From an uncultured virus (IMG/VR IMGVR_UViG_3300042922_001471) (lineage: Duplodnaviria > Heunggongvirae > Uroviricota > Caudoviricetes), in the IMG/VR virus record IMGVR_UViG_3300042922_001471: a DNA stretch of 20,000 nucleotides; one strand, given 5' to 3'. Of this stretch, positions 8,151-17,680 are shown piece by piece. A program made the translations under genes and the position numbers. Within the stretch, counting starts at the first letter, position 1. Each line of letters starts with the position of its first letter. The notes below the pieces were generated by a model. The model was given only the letters and a program-made list of their open reading frames with translations, searched no databases and had not been told where the DNA came from.

Positions 8151-10598
8151 TTATGAACTTTGAACTTCCTTTTCTTCTATTAATTGAATTTCTTCAAGTA
8201 TTCTATTCGCACCGTCATATTTAGCATAAATTACTATTTTATCAAGTATGTTTTCTTTTATTTTAAACATATTTGAGTGACTTATATGCTCAGTAGAAAC
8301 AACAACTATATCTGCACTTTTTATTATTGGATATATTTTACTCCAAGGTTCATTTCCTTCAATGACATCTGCCTTATATCCTGCTTTTAAAAGACTTAGT
8401 TTATATGAATTTTCGTAAGATATATTGCCTACAATTGCAACACTCTTAGTTATTTCTCTGATTGAATTTCTATTTTCTGAATAACTTTTATTTCCTGGTG
8501 AACTTTTTTTAGCATTATTATTTGAAATACTGTTTACTGTATACTCAGGTAAATAATTTATATTTAAAAAATTATTAAATTCATCAACATTTATAAGCTG
8601 TCCTTCTTCTAACTGTACACGTTCTGGGATATTTTTAACTATAGCTATCTCCCCTGTCAATTTTTTAATAAGTACATTATCATGTAGTATTTCTACTGAA
8701 CCACATTGAGACTTATTATATAAAGTTGATGCAGTATAAAAATTCGATTTCTTAAAAATAGTTACTATTTTATCTTCTTCAAAAATTACTACTTCTTGTT
8801 CCTTTATATCATAATTTTCTAAATCTATAGGGTTAAATAATTCTTTTTCAGTTTCAACTTCTCGAATTAAAAGTCCATTAGGAAAGACATTTAAAACAAA
8901 GCCCATCTTATGTCCTTTCGCTATAGTAGACTTAATAAATGTAGAAGCATTATATGGTATTTTCTTATAATATCTAATAAAAGAAAAATCATTTTTAATA
9001 GATACAAAGTCATCTTCTTTTAATTTTATATGATTTGGTATATTCCTTATCAATTGTTTTGGCATGTTTCCACTGTCAATATAAAAGCCATCTGCTTTTT
9101 CTACAACCTTCCCAAAACGACTAATTAAATACTCTGCTCCTGCTTGTTCATGTAAGTAAGGATATGCCCATTTAAAACGATATTCATTATTTACAAGAAC
9201 AAATTGATATTCACCAATGTAAATATTTTTTGGAATATCATACATTATTTCTTTTTGACCATTTAATAATACTATATAATGTGTATTGTTTTCTATAATA
9301 CAATAGCCCACTTTATCATAGGTTTTATTTATAACTTCTACTGTAGGTGTCATTTCAACAATTGATGTAGTTTCAAGCATTTTTTCTTTATTAATATTGT
9401 ATTCCTCTATGTATGGCTCAATTATTTTATATAATCTTTCATCTAATTTATTTTCCTGTAGATATTCTTCAATTATTGTTAATTTATTAATCGAAGTTAA
9501 TTCATTGATTTCAATTTTTAATTCTTTTATTTCTTGGGTTTTATCCTTAATTAATAATTTTGTATCAACTAATTGTTTATTTAAGTTATCAACCATTTCT
9601 TTATATAACATATTTGGTTTTTCTTTTGCATTTTTAAAATCATTTGTTAATTTTTGTATTTGGTTGTCTTTATTCTTGATAGAATCAAGTAACTTATTAA
9701 TAATTTCATTATCTTCCGCATTATTCTTCGGAGATTTTTTAAAATCATTTAATTCTTTTAGTAAAGTTTTCTTATCTTCAGCAAACTTTTTGACTAACTC
9801 TTTATCCTTTTTATTTATATTTTCTTGTTTAATTAAATTATTATTCAATATATTTAACTGCATTATTAATTCATTATTTTCTTTTAAAATTTCAGTTTTT
9901 TCTTTTTCATTTAATAATTTAAAATAATATATTAACTTTGTATTTATAACATATTTATATGGCAATATACTTGTCAATGAAAGTTTGGCATTATTATAAT
10001 CAACATCAGGAAACATATCTTTTTCCATTATTTCACTGAGTTTTTCTTTTAGTTCTTCTTTGTCTATACTTTCTTCAAAGAATTTTTTAAATTGTTCAAT
10101 AATAGATAACAAATGAACTAAACATAAAATATTTAAACAAACTTTACCTTTAATATTAAAGCTATCTATAAGTTTATCAACATCATTAAATAAATTATCA
10201 TTAAAAGTAAAATTATTAGTAGATATGTATTCACATAATTTGATTATCTTGGTTCTGAATAAAAATTTTGCCAAAACATCAATTGCTAAGATAATTAAAT
10301 TATTATCATCTGGTTCTATTTCCTCATTATAAATAAAACTTAAAATTACAGGGTTTACCTTTTTTAAATCAAACATTTCTTTAATCATTTTTATTAAATC
10401 ATTTTTTGATTTCTTAGGAAAAGAGAATCCCTGCTCTTTAATGCTTTTTTCAAAATTGTCAAGTTTAATAGAATTTATATCTTCTAATTTTTCAAAATTA
10501 CCACTGCAAAAAAAATGAATAAACAACAATTGGTTTTTGTCTAACTCAGATAATAAGATGTCTGTCGGAAATACTATTTTCTTTAATATTTTTTCCAT
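8151..10598 (-). CDS. Large coiled-coil protein with four beta-rich repeats and a C-terminal DUF2325-like domain
   Basis: AGGGAGG RBS; heptad-rich region about aa 230-370; C-terminal VAIVGN...ADIVVVSTEHISHSNM..IK...IYAK..GANRILEEI matches the DUF2325 pattern. Confidence 0.75.
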   Translation of the reverse strand: MEKILKKIVFPTDILLSELDKNQLLFIHFFCSGNFEKLEDINSIKLDNFEKSIKEQGFSFPKKSKNDLIKMIKEMFDLKKVNPVILSFIYNEEIEPDDNNLIILAIDVLAKFLFRTKIIKLCEYISTNNFTFNDNLFNDVDKLIDSFNIKGKVCLNILCLVHLLSIIEQFKKFFEESIDKEELKEKLSEIMEKDMFPDVDYNNAKLSLTSILPYKYVINTKLIYYFKLLNEKEKTEILKENNELIMQLNILNNNLIKQENINKKDKELVKKFAEDKKTLLKELNDFKKSPKNNAEDNEIINKLLDSIKNKDNQIQKLTNDFKNAKEKPNMLYKEMVDNLNKQLVDTKLLIKDKTQEIKELKIEINELTSINKLTIIEEYLQENKLDERLYKIIEPYIEEYNINKEKMLETTSIVEMTPTVEVINKTYDKVGYCIIENNTHYIVLLNGQKEIMYDIPKNIYIGEYQFVLVNNEYRFKWAYPYLHEQAGAEYLISRFGKVVEKADGFYIDSGNMPKQLIRNIPNHIKLKEDDFVSIKNDFSFIRYYKKIPYNASTFIKSTIAKGHKMGFVLNVFPNGLLIREVETEKELFNPIDLENYDIKEQEVVIFEEDKIVTIFKKSNFYTASTLYNKSQCGSVEILHDNVLIKKLTGEIAIVKNIPERVQLEEGQLINVDEFNNFLNINYLPEYTVNSISNNNAKKSSPGNKSYSENRNSIREITKSVAIVGNISYENSYKLSLLKAGYKADVIEGNEPWSKIYPIIKSADIVVVSTEHISHSNMFKIKENILDKIVIYAKYDGANRILEEIQLIEEKEVQSS

Positions 10599-11226
10599 TA
10601 TTAAAAACCTCCCTTATGAATTAAATTATTTAATTTTTATAATACATACACCATAAAATATTATCTTATATTATAAAAAATAGTAGTATTAAAATAATAT
10701 CAACTTTCGGAATACATAAACCTATATATAGTTAAAATTTAAAAACAATAATAATTTAGATAAATCTAAAGTAATATTTTTATTCATTAGTGTCAAAAAT
10801 TAAAAACAATATATCTAATCATTTAATAATACCATTCAATACTTATATTTGTAAAGCAATTTTAACCTTTTAGCCTTTGCTAAATCACAACAAATTACAT
10901 CAATAATGTTTACAACTAAACGTTATTAGATTCAGTTAGACAAATCTTACAGCTTTTTAATAATTAATATATTTAATATAGAGATTGTCATTATTCTTAA
11001 TTATAACAAAAAACACATACATTTACGCATGTGCTTTTTTCTTTATTCATTTCGCTATTTCTAAGTTAAGCCCTACATTTTTTGCAACTCTATTTACCTG
11101 CATCTGCTTTTACTTTTTTAAATCCCTGTTTCTTATAAGTATCAAAGCATCCTCCAAAAACATGCAACATTTCTTGTTTTGATATTTCTAAATTTTTTTT
11201 ATCGAATTTAATTTCATAATCTGTAG

Positions 11227-11424
11227 GCAAGTATAATAGGCGTTCCAGATTCCGATTTTGGTGAAGAAATATGTGCATTTATTATTCTTAAAGAAGGTTT
11301 TACAGTTAACAAAGATGAAATATTAAAACTTATAAAATTAAACCTCGCAACATATAAAATACCAAAATATATAGAATTTATTAATGAATTTCCAACAACC
11401 TCTAATGGGAAAATACGTAAATTT
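11227..11424 (+). pseudogene. C-terminal fragment (AMP-binding_C domain) of an acyl-CoA synthetase / AMP-dependent ligase
   Basis: Manual translation ASIIGVPDSDFGEEICAFIILKEGFTVNKDEILKLIKLNLATYKIPKYIEFINEFPTTSNGKIRKF. Preceded by an in-frame TAG, with no start codon or N-terminal domain. Confidence 0.85.
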
Positions 11425-11474
11425 ATTTATGTTAAAGGATTTAGCTATAAAAATCTATGGTTTAGTTTAGAAAT

Positions 11475-11505
11475 AAAAAAGATGGTTTATGTAACCATCT
11501 TTTTT
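11475..11505. terminator. Bidirectional intrinsic terminator
   Basis: aaaaaagatggtt-tatgt-aaccatctttttt. Confidence 0.88.
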
Positions 11506-11515
11506 ATTATCATAA

Positions 11516-12394
11516 TTAATTTCTGTAGTTACATAATTCTTCAACTGTGTTTAGTTTTAAATATTTTAAAACAGAATTTTGAAGAATTTCTTTATTTACT
11601 TCATTTTGAATATCTTTAAACTGCCATGTCATAGTTGGTATATCAAAAAATGCAGTACCGTTGTTTAAAGTAACGTAGATTCTTTTAAAAGATTCATTTT
11701 TGGTTTTCTGTTTTTCCCAATATTTCACTCTTTTTATTTTAATTTTATCACTTATTGCCTCATTACTTTTTATTTCATTGATATTTACTATAGTTGTTTG
11801 TGTTGAAATAGGCCCTGTTGCAACCATTCCCCTATTTATTAATATTTTTTTTAATTTCAAAAGTGCCTTTGCTGTAACTAAGCAATCGTCAAAAGCTCTG
11901 TGATGGTTAGTTATTTTGATATTAAGTTCATTACATAATTCTTCTAAATTATGTTTTTTCTTATTTGGAAAAATATATTTTGATAGTTGAACGGTATCAA
12001 TAATTTGGTTTTTTGCTATAATACCCACTTTTAAGAAAAACTTTAGCAAAAATCTATCCCAGTCGAATCCTGCATTATGTGCTACTATGATATTATCCCC
12101 TATAAACTTGTGAAATTCTGGAAGAACTTGTGCGTATACAGGCATACCTTGTAGCATTTCATTTGTAATTCCAGTTAATTCAATAGTCTTTGCATATATC
12201 TTTTGTTCAGGATATATTAGTTGTGAGTATTTTTCTATAATTTTAGTACCTCTTATTTTTACTGCACCGATTTCTATAATTCTTCCACCCTTATCTGGCG
12301 ATAATCCTGATGTTTCTATATCAAGAATAACAAATTCATTATTGGATAATAGCAAACTAACTAATTCATTATCTGAGCATTTTTTTCTTTCCAT
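11516..12394 (-). CDS. DEDDh 3'-5' exonuclease, DNA polymerase III epsilon / PolC exonuclease-like, with a C-terminal extension
   Basis: ExoI ILDIETSG, IIEIGAVK, ELTGIT, ExoII VAHNAGFD and ExoIII HHRAFDD are all intact; AGGGGG RBS before ATG 12394. Confidence 0.92.
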   Translation of the reverse strand: MERKKCSDNELVSLLLSNNEFVILDIETSGLSPDKGGRIIEIGAVKIRGTKIIEKYSQLIYPEQKIYAKTIELTGITNEMLQGMPVYAQVLPEFHKFIGDNIIVAHNAGFDWDRFLLKFFLKVGIIAKNQIIDTVQLSKYIFPNKKKHNLEELCNELNIKITNHHRAFDDCLVTAKALLKLKKILINRGMVATGPISTQTTIVNINEIKSNEAISDKIKIKRVKYWEKQKTKNESFKRIYVTLNNGTAFFDIPTMTWQFKDIQNEVNKEILQNSVLKYLKLNTVEELCNYRN

Positions 12395-12674
12395 AACCAA
12401 CCCCCTATTAACAGTTTATATATTTTTGAACTTAAATTATATTTTTATGTAAATTTTATTTTACTTTTTCATAATAATATAGTATAATATTTTTTGCTTA
12501 GAGTCAAGGTATATTTTGTAAAGTTAAATCTACTTATAAGTGATTATATGGTATAATCTATATATATTTGTTTTTACATCGAATTAAATAAAACCATTTC
12601 AACTAAAATATAAAATAGTTATAAAAAAGGAAAGATTAAATCTTACAAATAAAAGTTACATGGAGGAAAATAAA

Positions 12675-12860
12675 ATGACAGTAGATAAACTTATTGAGCA
12701 TTTGCAAATACTTTCAAGCAGAGGGTTTGGAAATAATGAAGTTGTAATGTTTGAACAATTATTTACATCAGAAGAACCATATCATACGACAGTTGAAGAT
12801 ATTAAACGTCAAAAGGCAACTTATGATGTTTCAAAAGAAGTTATCGTTTTACTTAGATAA
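12675..12860 (+). CDS. Small hypothetical protein (phage-like)
   Basis: GGAGG RBS before ATG 12675 (MTVDKLIEHLQ). Confidence 0.7.
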   Translation: MTVDKLIEHLQILSSRGFGNNEVVMFEQLFTSEEPYHTTVEDIKRQKATYDVSKEVIVLLR

Positions 12861-12945
12861 TAAGTAACTATAGGTATTTATAACACAAAAAGCAATTAAG
12901 GCTACAAAATAAGTCAGTTAAAAAATTGAAAGGTTGGTTAAATAA

Positions 12946-14913
12946 ATGGATAAAATTAAGAGAATAGAAGAACTTGTAACTGGTTTAAACAAAGCATCGG
13001 AAACTTACTATAATAAACAAGAAGAAATCATGTCTAATTATGAATGGGATGCTATGTTTGATGAATTATTGTCTCTGGAAATTGAAACTGGGCATATTTT
13101 ACCTAACAGTCCTACTCAAAGCACAGGCTATGAAGAAAATAATGGAGAAAAAGAACAGCATGAGTTTACAGCACTATCATTAGCTAAAACAAAGAAGATT
13201 GCTGAATTACAGAAGTGGGCTGAGGATAAACCTATTTGGCTTTCATGGAAGTTAGATGGATTAACACTGGTAATTACTTACGATGGTGGTAATCTTACAA
13301 AAATTCTTACAAGGGGAAATGGTGTAATTGGAACAAATATTACATTTATGAAAGAGGCAATTAAGGGTTTTCCATTAAAAATCAAAAATAAAGGACATGT
13401 TGTTGTACGTGGTGAAGCTACAATTTCTTATACTGATTTCGACATGATTAACGACACAATCGAAGATGATAATGAAAAGTATTCAAACCCTCGTAATTTA
13501 GCTTCTGGAACACTTGGGCTGGATGATGCGAATAAAGCTAAGGAACGCCATGTTCATTTTAATGCCTTTACATTGGTTTATATTGAAGACAATATTAAAT
13601 CATGGGGAGAGAGAATGAAATATCTCGAATCGGAAGGATTTACCGTTGTTGAAAGCGAAGCTACAACAGCAGATGGTATTCAAGAGGTCATAGAGAAATG
13701 GACTAAAAAAGTTGAATCTGGTGAAATGGATATTCCTGTAGACGGTCTTGTTATTTGTTATGATGATACGGAATATGCCTCAACAGGTAGTGTTACAGGT
13801 CATCATGCAAATAGAGCAGGTTTTGCATTTAAGTGGCAGGATATATCTGCAGATACGGAACTTGAATATATTGAATGGTCATGTGCTACTTCAACAATAT
13901 CTCCTGTAGCAGTATTTAAGCCTGTTCAACTCGAAGGAACTACTGTATCAAGAGCCTCACTGTGTAATATCAGCGAGATGGAACGCCTTGGCATTGGGGA
14001 AAAAAGTATCCTTGAAATCATAAAGGCAAATAAAATTATCCCAAAATGTATTTCTGTAAAGAAGTCAGAAGGAAAATTTCAGATTCCAAGTGAATGTCCT
14101 GTATGTCATGCTAAAACAGAAATAAGAACTAATCCTAAGAGTAATACTAAGACGCTACATTGCACTAATCCAAATTGCACAGCAAAACATGTTAAGAAAT
14201 TTACCCGTTTTGTAAGTAAAACTGGAATGAATATTGATGGTTTATCTATCCAAACTATGTTGAAATTCATAAACGAAGGTTATATTTCCAAGTTTGCTGA
14301 CATATTTAATCTTAAACAGCATATGGATGTTATTAGCAAAATGGAAGGTTTCGGTGCGAAATCCTGTAAAAATATTGATAAGGCTATTGAAAAGAGTAGA
14401 AACGTTAATCCTGTTAACTTTATTTATTCTTTGTGTATTCCGATGATTGGAACAGATGCAGGAAAAAAAATTATTGGAGCAATAGGGTTTGACAGCTTCT
14501 TGAATAGGCTTTATACTGGCGAGGGTTTTGAAGATATTGACGGTATTGGACCAGAAAAGTCTAACTCAATAATTGAATGGTATCAGGCACAAGATAATAA
14601 GATTACCCTTGAAGCATTGCTTAAAGAAGTAATTATTGAAAAAGTTGAGGTTAAGGAAAATTTAGATGGTATTTGTTCTGGACTTACATTTGTAATTACA
14701 GGAGATGTTCACCATTTTAAAAATCGTGATGAATTCAAAGCTTATGTTGAATCAGAAAATGGCAAGGTTACAAATAGCATTACTTCTAAAACAAACTATC
14801 TTGTTAATAATAATGTTGACTCAGGTTCTTCAAAAAACAAGAAAGCAAAAGAACTTGGAATTGCAATTATTTCCGAAGATGAATTCGTTGAATTATTTGG
14901 TGTTAAAAACTAA
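12946..14913 (+). CDS. ligA: NAD-dependent DNA ligase
   Basis: Domain Ia YYN...YEWD, KLDG adenylation motif, TRGNG, VRGE, NPRN, DGLVI, AFKW, OB domain, Zn finger CPVC...CTNPNC, HhH motifs and BRCT (FVITG...TNYLV...KAKELGIAIISEDEF). Confidence 0.97.
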   Translation: MDKIKRIEELVTGLNKASETYYNKQEEIMSNYEWDAMFDELLSLEIETGHILPNSPTQSTGYEENNGEKEQHEFTALSLAKTKKIAELQKWAEDKPIWLSWKLDGLTLVITYDGGNLTKILTRGNGVIGTNITFMKEAIKGFPLKIKNKGHVVVRGEATISYTDFDMINDTIEDDNEKYSNPRNLASGTLGLDDANKAKERHVHFNAFTLVYIEDNIKSWGERMKYLESEGFTVVESEATTADGIQEVIEKWTKKVESGEMDIPVDGLVICYDDTEYASTGSVTGHHANRAGFAFKWQDISADTELEYIEWSCATSTISPVAVFKPVQLEGTTVSRASLCNISEMERLGIGEKSILEIIKANKIIPKCISVKKSEGKFQIPSECPVCHAKTEIRTNPKSNTKTLHCTNPNCTAKHVKKFTRFVSKTGMNIDGLSIQTMLKFINEGYISKFADIFNLKQHMDVISKMEGFGAKSCKNIDKAIEKSRNVNPVNFIYSLCIPMIGTDAGKKIIGAIGFDSFLNRLYTGEGFEDIDGIGPEKSNSIIEWYQAQDNKITLEALLKEVIIEKVEVKENLDGICSGLTFVITGDVHHFKNRDEFKAYVESENGKVTNSITSKTNYLVNNNVDSGSSKNKKAKELGIAIISEDEFVELFGVKN

Positions 14914-14917
14914 TGCG

Positions 14918-14944
14918 AAAAGAGGTAATAATACCTCTTTTTTA
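14918..14944 (+). terminator. Intrinsic terminator
   Basis: aaaagaggta-ataa-tacctctttttt. Confidence 0.85.
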
Positions 14945-15030
14945 GCGTAAATAATGATTAAACAGTTTGTAAAAAATAAGAAACTAAAGGATATTTTGAA
15001 CTTTAAAAAATAATTATATGAGGTAATAAA

Positions 15031-15231
15031 ATGGAAAATAAATTTATAGATAATATTGAAATTTATAATTTACCATTCGGAACAAAAATAAAAATTATAT
15101 GGAGTGATGAAGAATTTTATATTGGTGTAATTGTAAATGATACGATTTATTATGAAGATGGGATAAATGATAAAATAACTGTAATTGCAGAACACATGTC
15201 AAGAGAAATGTGTAAAGTACAGTTATTTTAA
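15031..15231 (+). CDS. Small hypothetical protein
   Basis: GAGGT RBS; beta-rich 66-aa ORF. Confidence 0.7.
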   Translation: MENKFIDNIEIYNLPFGTKIKIIWSDEEFYIGVIVNDTIYYEDGINDKITVIAEHMSREMCKVQLF

Positions 15232-15273
15232 ATCAAAGTTTAAATTTTAAAATGGTTTATATCTAATTATTGC

Positions 15274-15301
15274 AAAAAAGAGGTTATATAACCTCTTTTT
15301 T
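15274..15301. terminator. Bidirectional intrinsic terminator
   Basis: aaaaaagaggttatataacctctttttt between convergent genes. Confidence 0.88.
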
Positions 15302-15521
15302 ATTGCTCTATATCTTCTATCTTGCTACTTTCATGAAGCTTATATGTTTCCATTTCTAATTTAAATACGCCAAAGATAGGTATACTCAATTTCGCTGTTT
15401 CTTCTCCAGTAGCAGTTCCAAAGGTACTAATTAATTTCATTAATATATCAGGACTTGTAAATATCTGAATAATGAGCACACATACTATTACTATACACAA
15501 AACACTAATCCAACTTTTCAT
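15300..15521 (-). CDS. Small membrane or secreted hypothetical protein
   Basis: N-terminal hydrophobic helix; last gene of a minus-strand operon. Confidence 0.65.
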   Translation of the reverse strand: MKSWISVLCIVIVCVLIIQIFTSPDILMKLISTFGTATGEETAKLSIPIFGVFKLEMETYKLHESSKIEDIEQ

Positions 15522-15536
15522 ATTTCTGTCAGCTTC

Positions 15537-16235
15537 TTAAATTTGTATTTTATTGTTATATGTTTCATCAATTGTTAAAGCTATTTCCTTTATTTTATCA
15601 CACGCCTCATATAATTTTGATTTATCCTCTATTAACTCTATTGATATATCAAATGTAAAATCAATTGAATAACCGTTTTTTTCCGTATCAAAATATACAA
15701 GAGAAGTGTCACATTTTAATAAGTCTTCAGGATATGATAACTGACTTTTAATATCATTAAATATTTTTGTAAGTCTTAATACTGCAAATTTCTCAATAAA
15801 ACCTCTTCTTTTCATAAGATTTAAAACATCTTCTTCTGATGCTCCAAAAAACTCCATTGTAAATTGTTCATCAATGCAAAATGTCTTAGAAGCTAAGATA
15901 ATATCTTTATCAATTATACTTTCTGTTTTTAATTTCTGGAGTATTCCTAATTCTTCAAGCTTACTGTTTAATATGTTTCTTAAAATTTCAAATTCTTTTA
16001 ATATTTCTTCGTCAGATTTAATAAACATATTTTTCGTGTACAAATATCCAGTAAACTCTTCAACATTAACATTATTATCTTTTATAACATAACATGTATC
16101 CAAATCTAAAACTTTGATTTCAACCATTTGGTCAATTGCAAGCAAAAGTGATTTTTTTACTAACTCTGGGTAATCTTTTAATAATTCGCTTTTATATTGG
16201 ATTAACTCTAATCCTATTTTATTTATTTTATTCAT
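15537..16235 (-). CDS. Hypothetical protein
   Basis: 232-aa ORF with AGGAGG RBS. Confidence 0.85.
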   Translation of the reverse strand: MNKINKIGLELIQYKSELLKDYPELVKKSLLLAIDQMVEIKVLDLDTCYVIKDNNVNVEEFTGYLYTKNMFIKSDEEILKEFEILRNILNSKLEELGILQKLKTESIIDKDIILASKTFCIDEQFTMEFFGASEEDVLNLMKRRGFIEKFAVLRLTKIFNDIKSQLSYPEDLLKCDTSLVYFDTEKNGYSIDFTFDISIELIEDKSKLYEACDKIKEIALTIDETYNNKIQI

Positions 16236-16251
16236 TACAACCTCCTATGTT

Positions 16252-16797
16252 TTAATATAACGTTATTTGGCTTATAGGTAGAAGTCTAATAAATACTTCC
16301 CCTATAATAGTGCTTCTATCAATAAATCCTACATTGGGATTTCTACTATCCGAACTAAAATTTCTATTGTCCCCCATAGCAAAAACACAATTTTTAGGAA
16401 CTATTTCATCAATATTACCAAGTGTTTTTGTGTCTTCCTGGTTAATAAAAGGTTCATTTTGAAGTTCTTCATTAATGTAAACACTTCCATTTTTTATAGT
16501 TATCCTATCTCCTTCTATAGCAATAACTCTTTTAATTAATATTTTTTCGCCCTTTAATTTGGAGTTAAACACAATGACATCATGGCGATTTGGCATTTCT
16601 GATTTATATGCTAATCTATTAATAAATAAGTAATCTTTATCTTTAAATGTGGGATACATTGAGCTTCCTATGACTAATGTTGGTTTAACAAAACTGGTTA
16701 TTATAATTGCTACTATAAAAGCTAAAACGATTGATTTACACCATTGGAATATCTCATTTTTAATTAACTTTTTTTCTTTTGTTGAATTTAAATCCAT
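16252..16797 (-). CDS. lepB: Signal peptidase I (S26 family)
   Basis: N-terminal TM segment; GSSMYPT (catalytic Ser), LIKRVIA (catalytic Lys) and GDNRNFSSDSR motifs. Confidence 0.95.
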   Translation of the reverse strand: MDLNSTKEKKLIKNEIFQWCKSIVLAFIVAIIITSFVKPTLVIGSSMYPTFKDKDYLFINRLAYKSEMPNRHDVIVFNSKLKGEKILIKRVIAIEGDRITIKNGSVYINEELQNEPFINQEDTKTLGNIDEIVPKNCVFAMGDNRNFSSDSRNPNVGFIDRSTIIGEVFIRLLPISQITLY

Positions 16798-16814
16798 TTA
16801 AACAATCATCTCCT

Positions 16815-17552
16815 TTAATACTTTTTTAATTTATTTAGTCCATTTATTATTTCATCCCTTACTTGTAAAAAATTTTCTTGAGTTACGTCAATATAAAGTT
16901 TATATAATGTAGAAACACTATAAATACTATCTTGCTCATGTACTACTTTTTTATCAAGTTCATGAACTTTACTATTAAAGGAAAAACTTTTTTTAATTTC
17001 ATCCTTTACATTAGGAGCATGTATCCTTATAATCTTATCTACATCTCCTATTTCATCTAAGTTATAGTATTCAAAAGTATTAAAAACTTGTATATTTAGT
17101 TCTATTTGACTATTAGGATTAGAAGAAAAACTTGTTTTGAAGGTTAAAACGTCTCTTTTAAAACTAAACAAAGAATTATCAATGGAATTTTCTATTCTGT
17201 TTTTAGCACCAACAATATTAAATTTAGCTAAAAAATTAGCATCATAAAGAGTCTCTTTCAAATTCTTTTCATTTGATTGTAATTGTTTTATTTTGTTTGT
17301 AAGTTCATAAATTTCATTGTAATGATTTTTTACATCAGTCAAAGAATCAGATACTATTTTATCGAAATTTATTTTAGTGATACTAAGTACCTTATCTTCT
17401 GGGATACTTGCAAGTTCACCAAAATCAGTAACAAGTATTAATTCTCCATCATCAACTTGAAGCACTATCCCCTTTACATTTCTCATAGCAGTATTTTCGC
17501 TTTCGCACTCAATCTGCAGTCTATTATTAATTTTAATTTCATTAAAATCCAA
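16815..17552 (-). CDS. Hypothetical protein (N-terminal Sm/SH3-like beta domain plus coiled coil)
   Basis: AAGGAGG RBS and TTG start; VKGIVLQVDDGELILVTDFGELASIPEDKVLSI pattern. Confidence 0.75.
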   Translation of the reverse strand: MDFNEIKINNRLQIECESENTAMRNVKGIVLQVDDGELILVTDFGELASIPEDKVLSITKINFDKIVSDSLTDVKNHYNEIYELTNKIKQLQSNEKNLKETLYDANFLAKFNIVGAKNRIENSIDNSLFSFKRDVLTFKTSFSSNPNSQIELNIQVFNTFEYYNLDEIGDVDKIIRIHAPNVKDEIKKSFSFNSKVHELDKKVVHEQDSIYSVSTLYKLYIDVTQENFLQVRDEIINGLNKLKKY

Positions 17553-17680
17553 ATCATGCCTCCTTAAATTTATTTTTTATATAATATGCAATAATTCACT
17601 AATTAAAATTTATCTATATTTCATTTATTTTACTAATTAATTATATGGTTTTAGAATAAATTGAGATATATTAAATCTGT

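Noticed and set aside
9397..9927. Plus-strand 176-aa F/L/S/I-rich ORF
   Set aside because: Typical antisense reading of a K/E/N-rich coiled coil.
10985..11278. ORFs 10985-11182 (+) and 11090-11278 (-) as intact genes
   Set aside because: No convincing RBS. The start of the minus ORF is antisense to the acyl-CoA synthetase fragment, so the region is treated as remnants.
11700..11903. Plus-strand 67-aa ORF
   Set aside because: Shadow of the DEDDh exonuclease.
12428..12455. dif-like site (TTATGTAAATT arm)
   Set aside because: No matching XerC-type left arm; likely chance in AT-rich DNA.
14705..14950. Alternate-frame ORF
   Set aside because: Overlaps the ligA BRCT domain and runs through its terminator.
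15874..16092. Plus-strand 72-aa ORF
   Set aside because: Shadow of 15537-16235.
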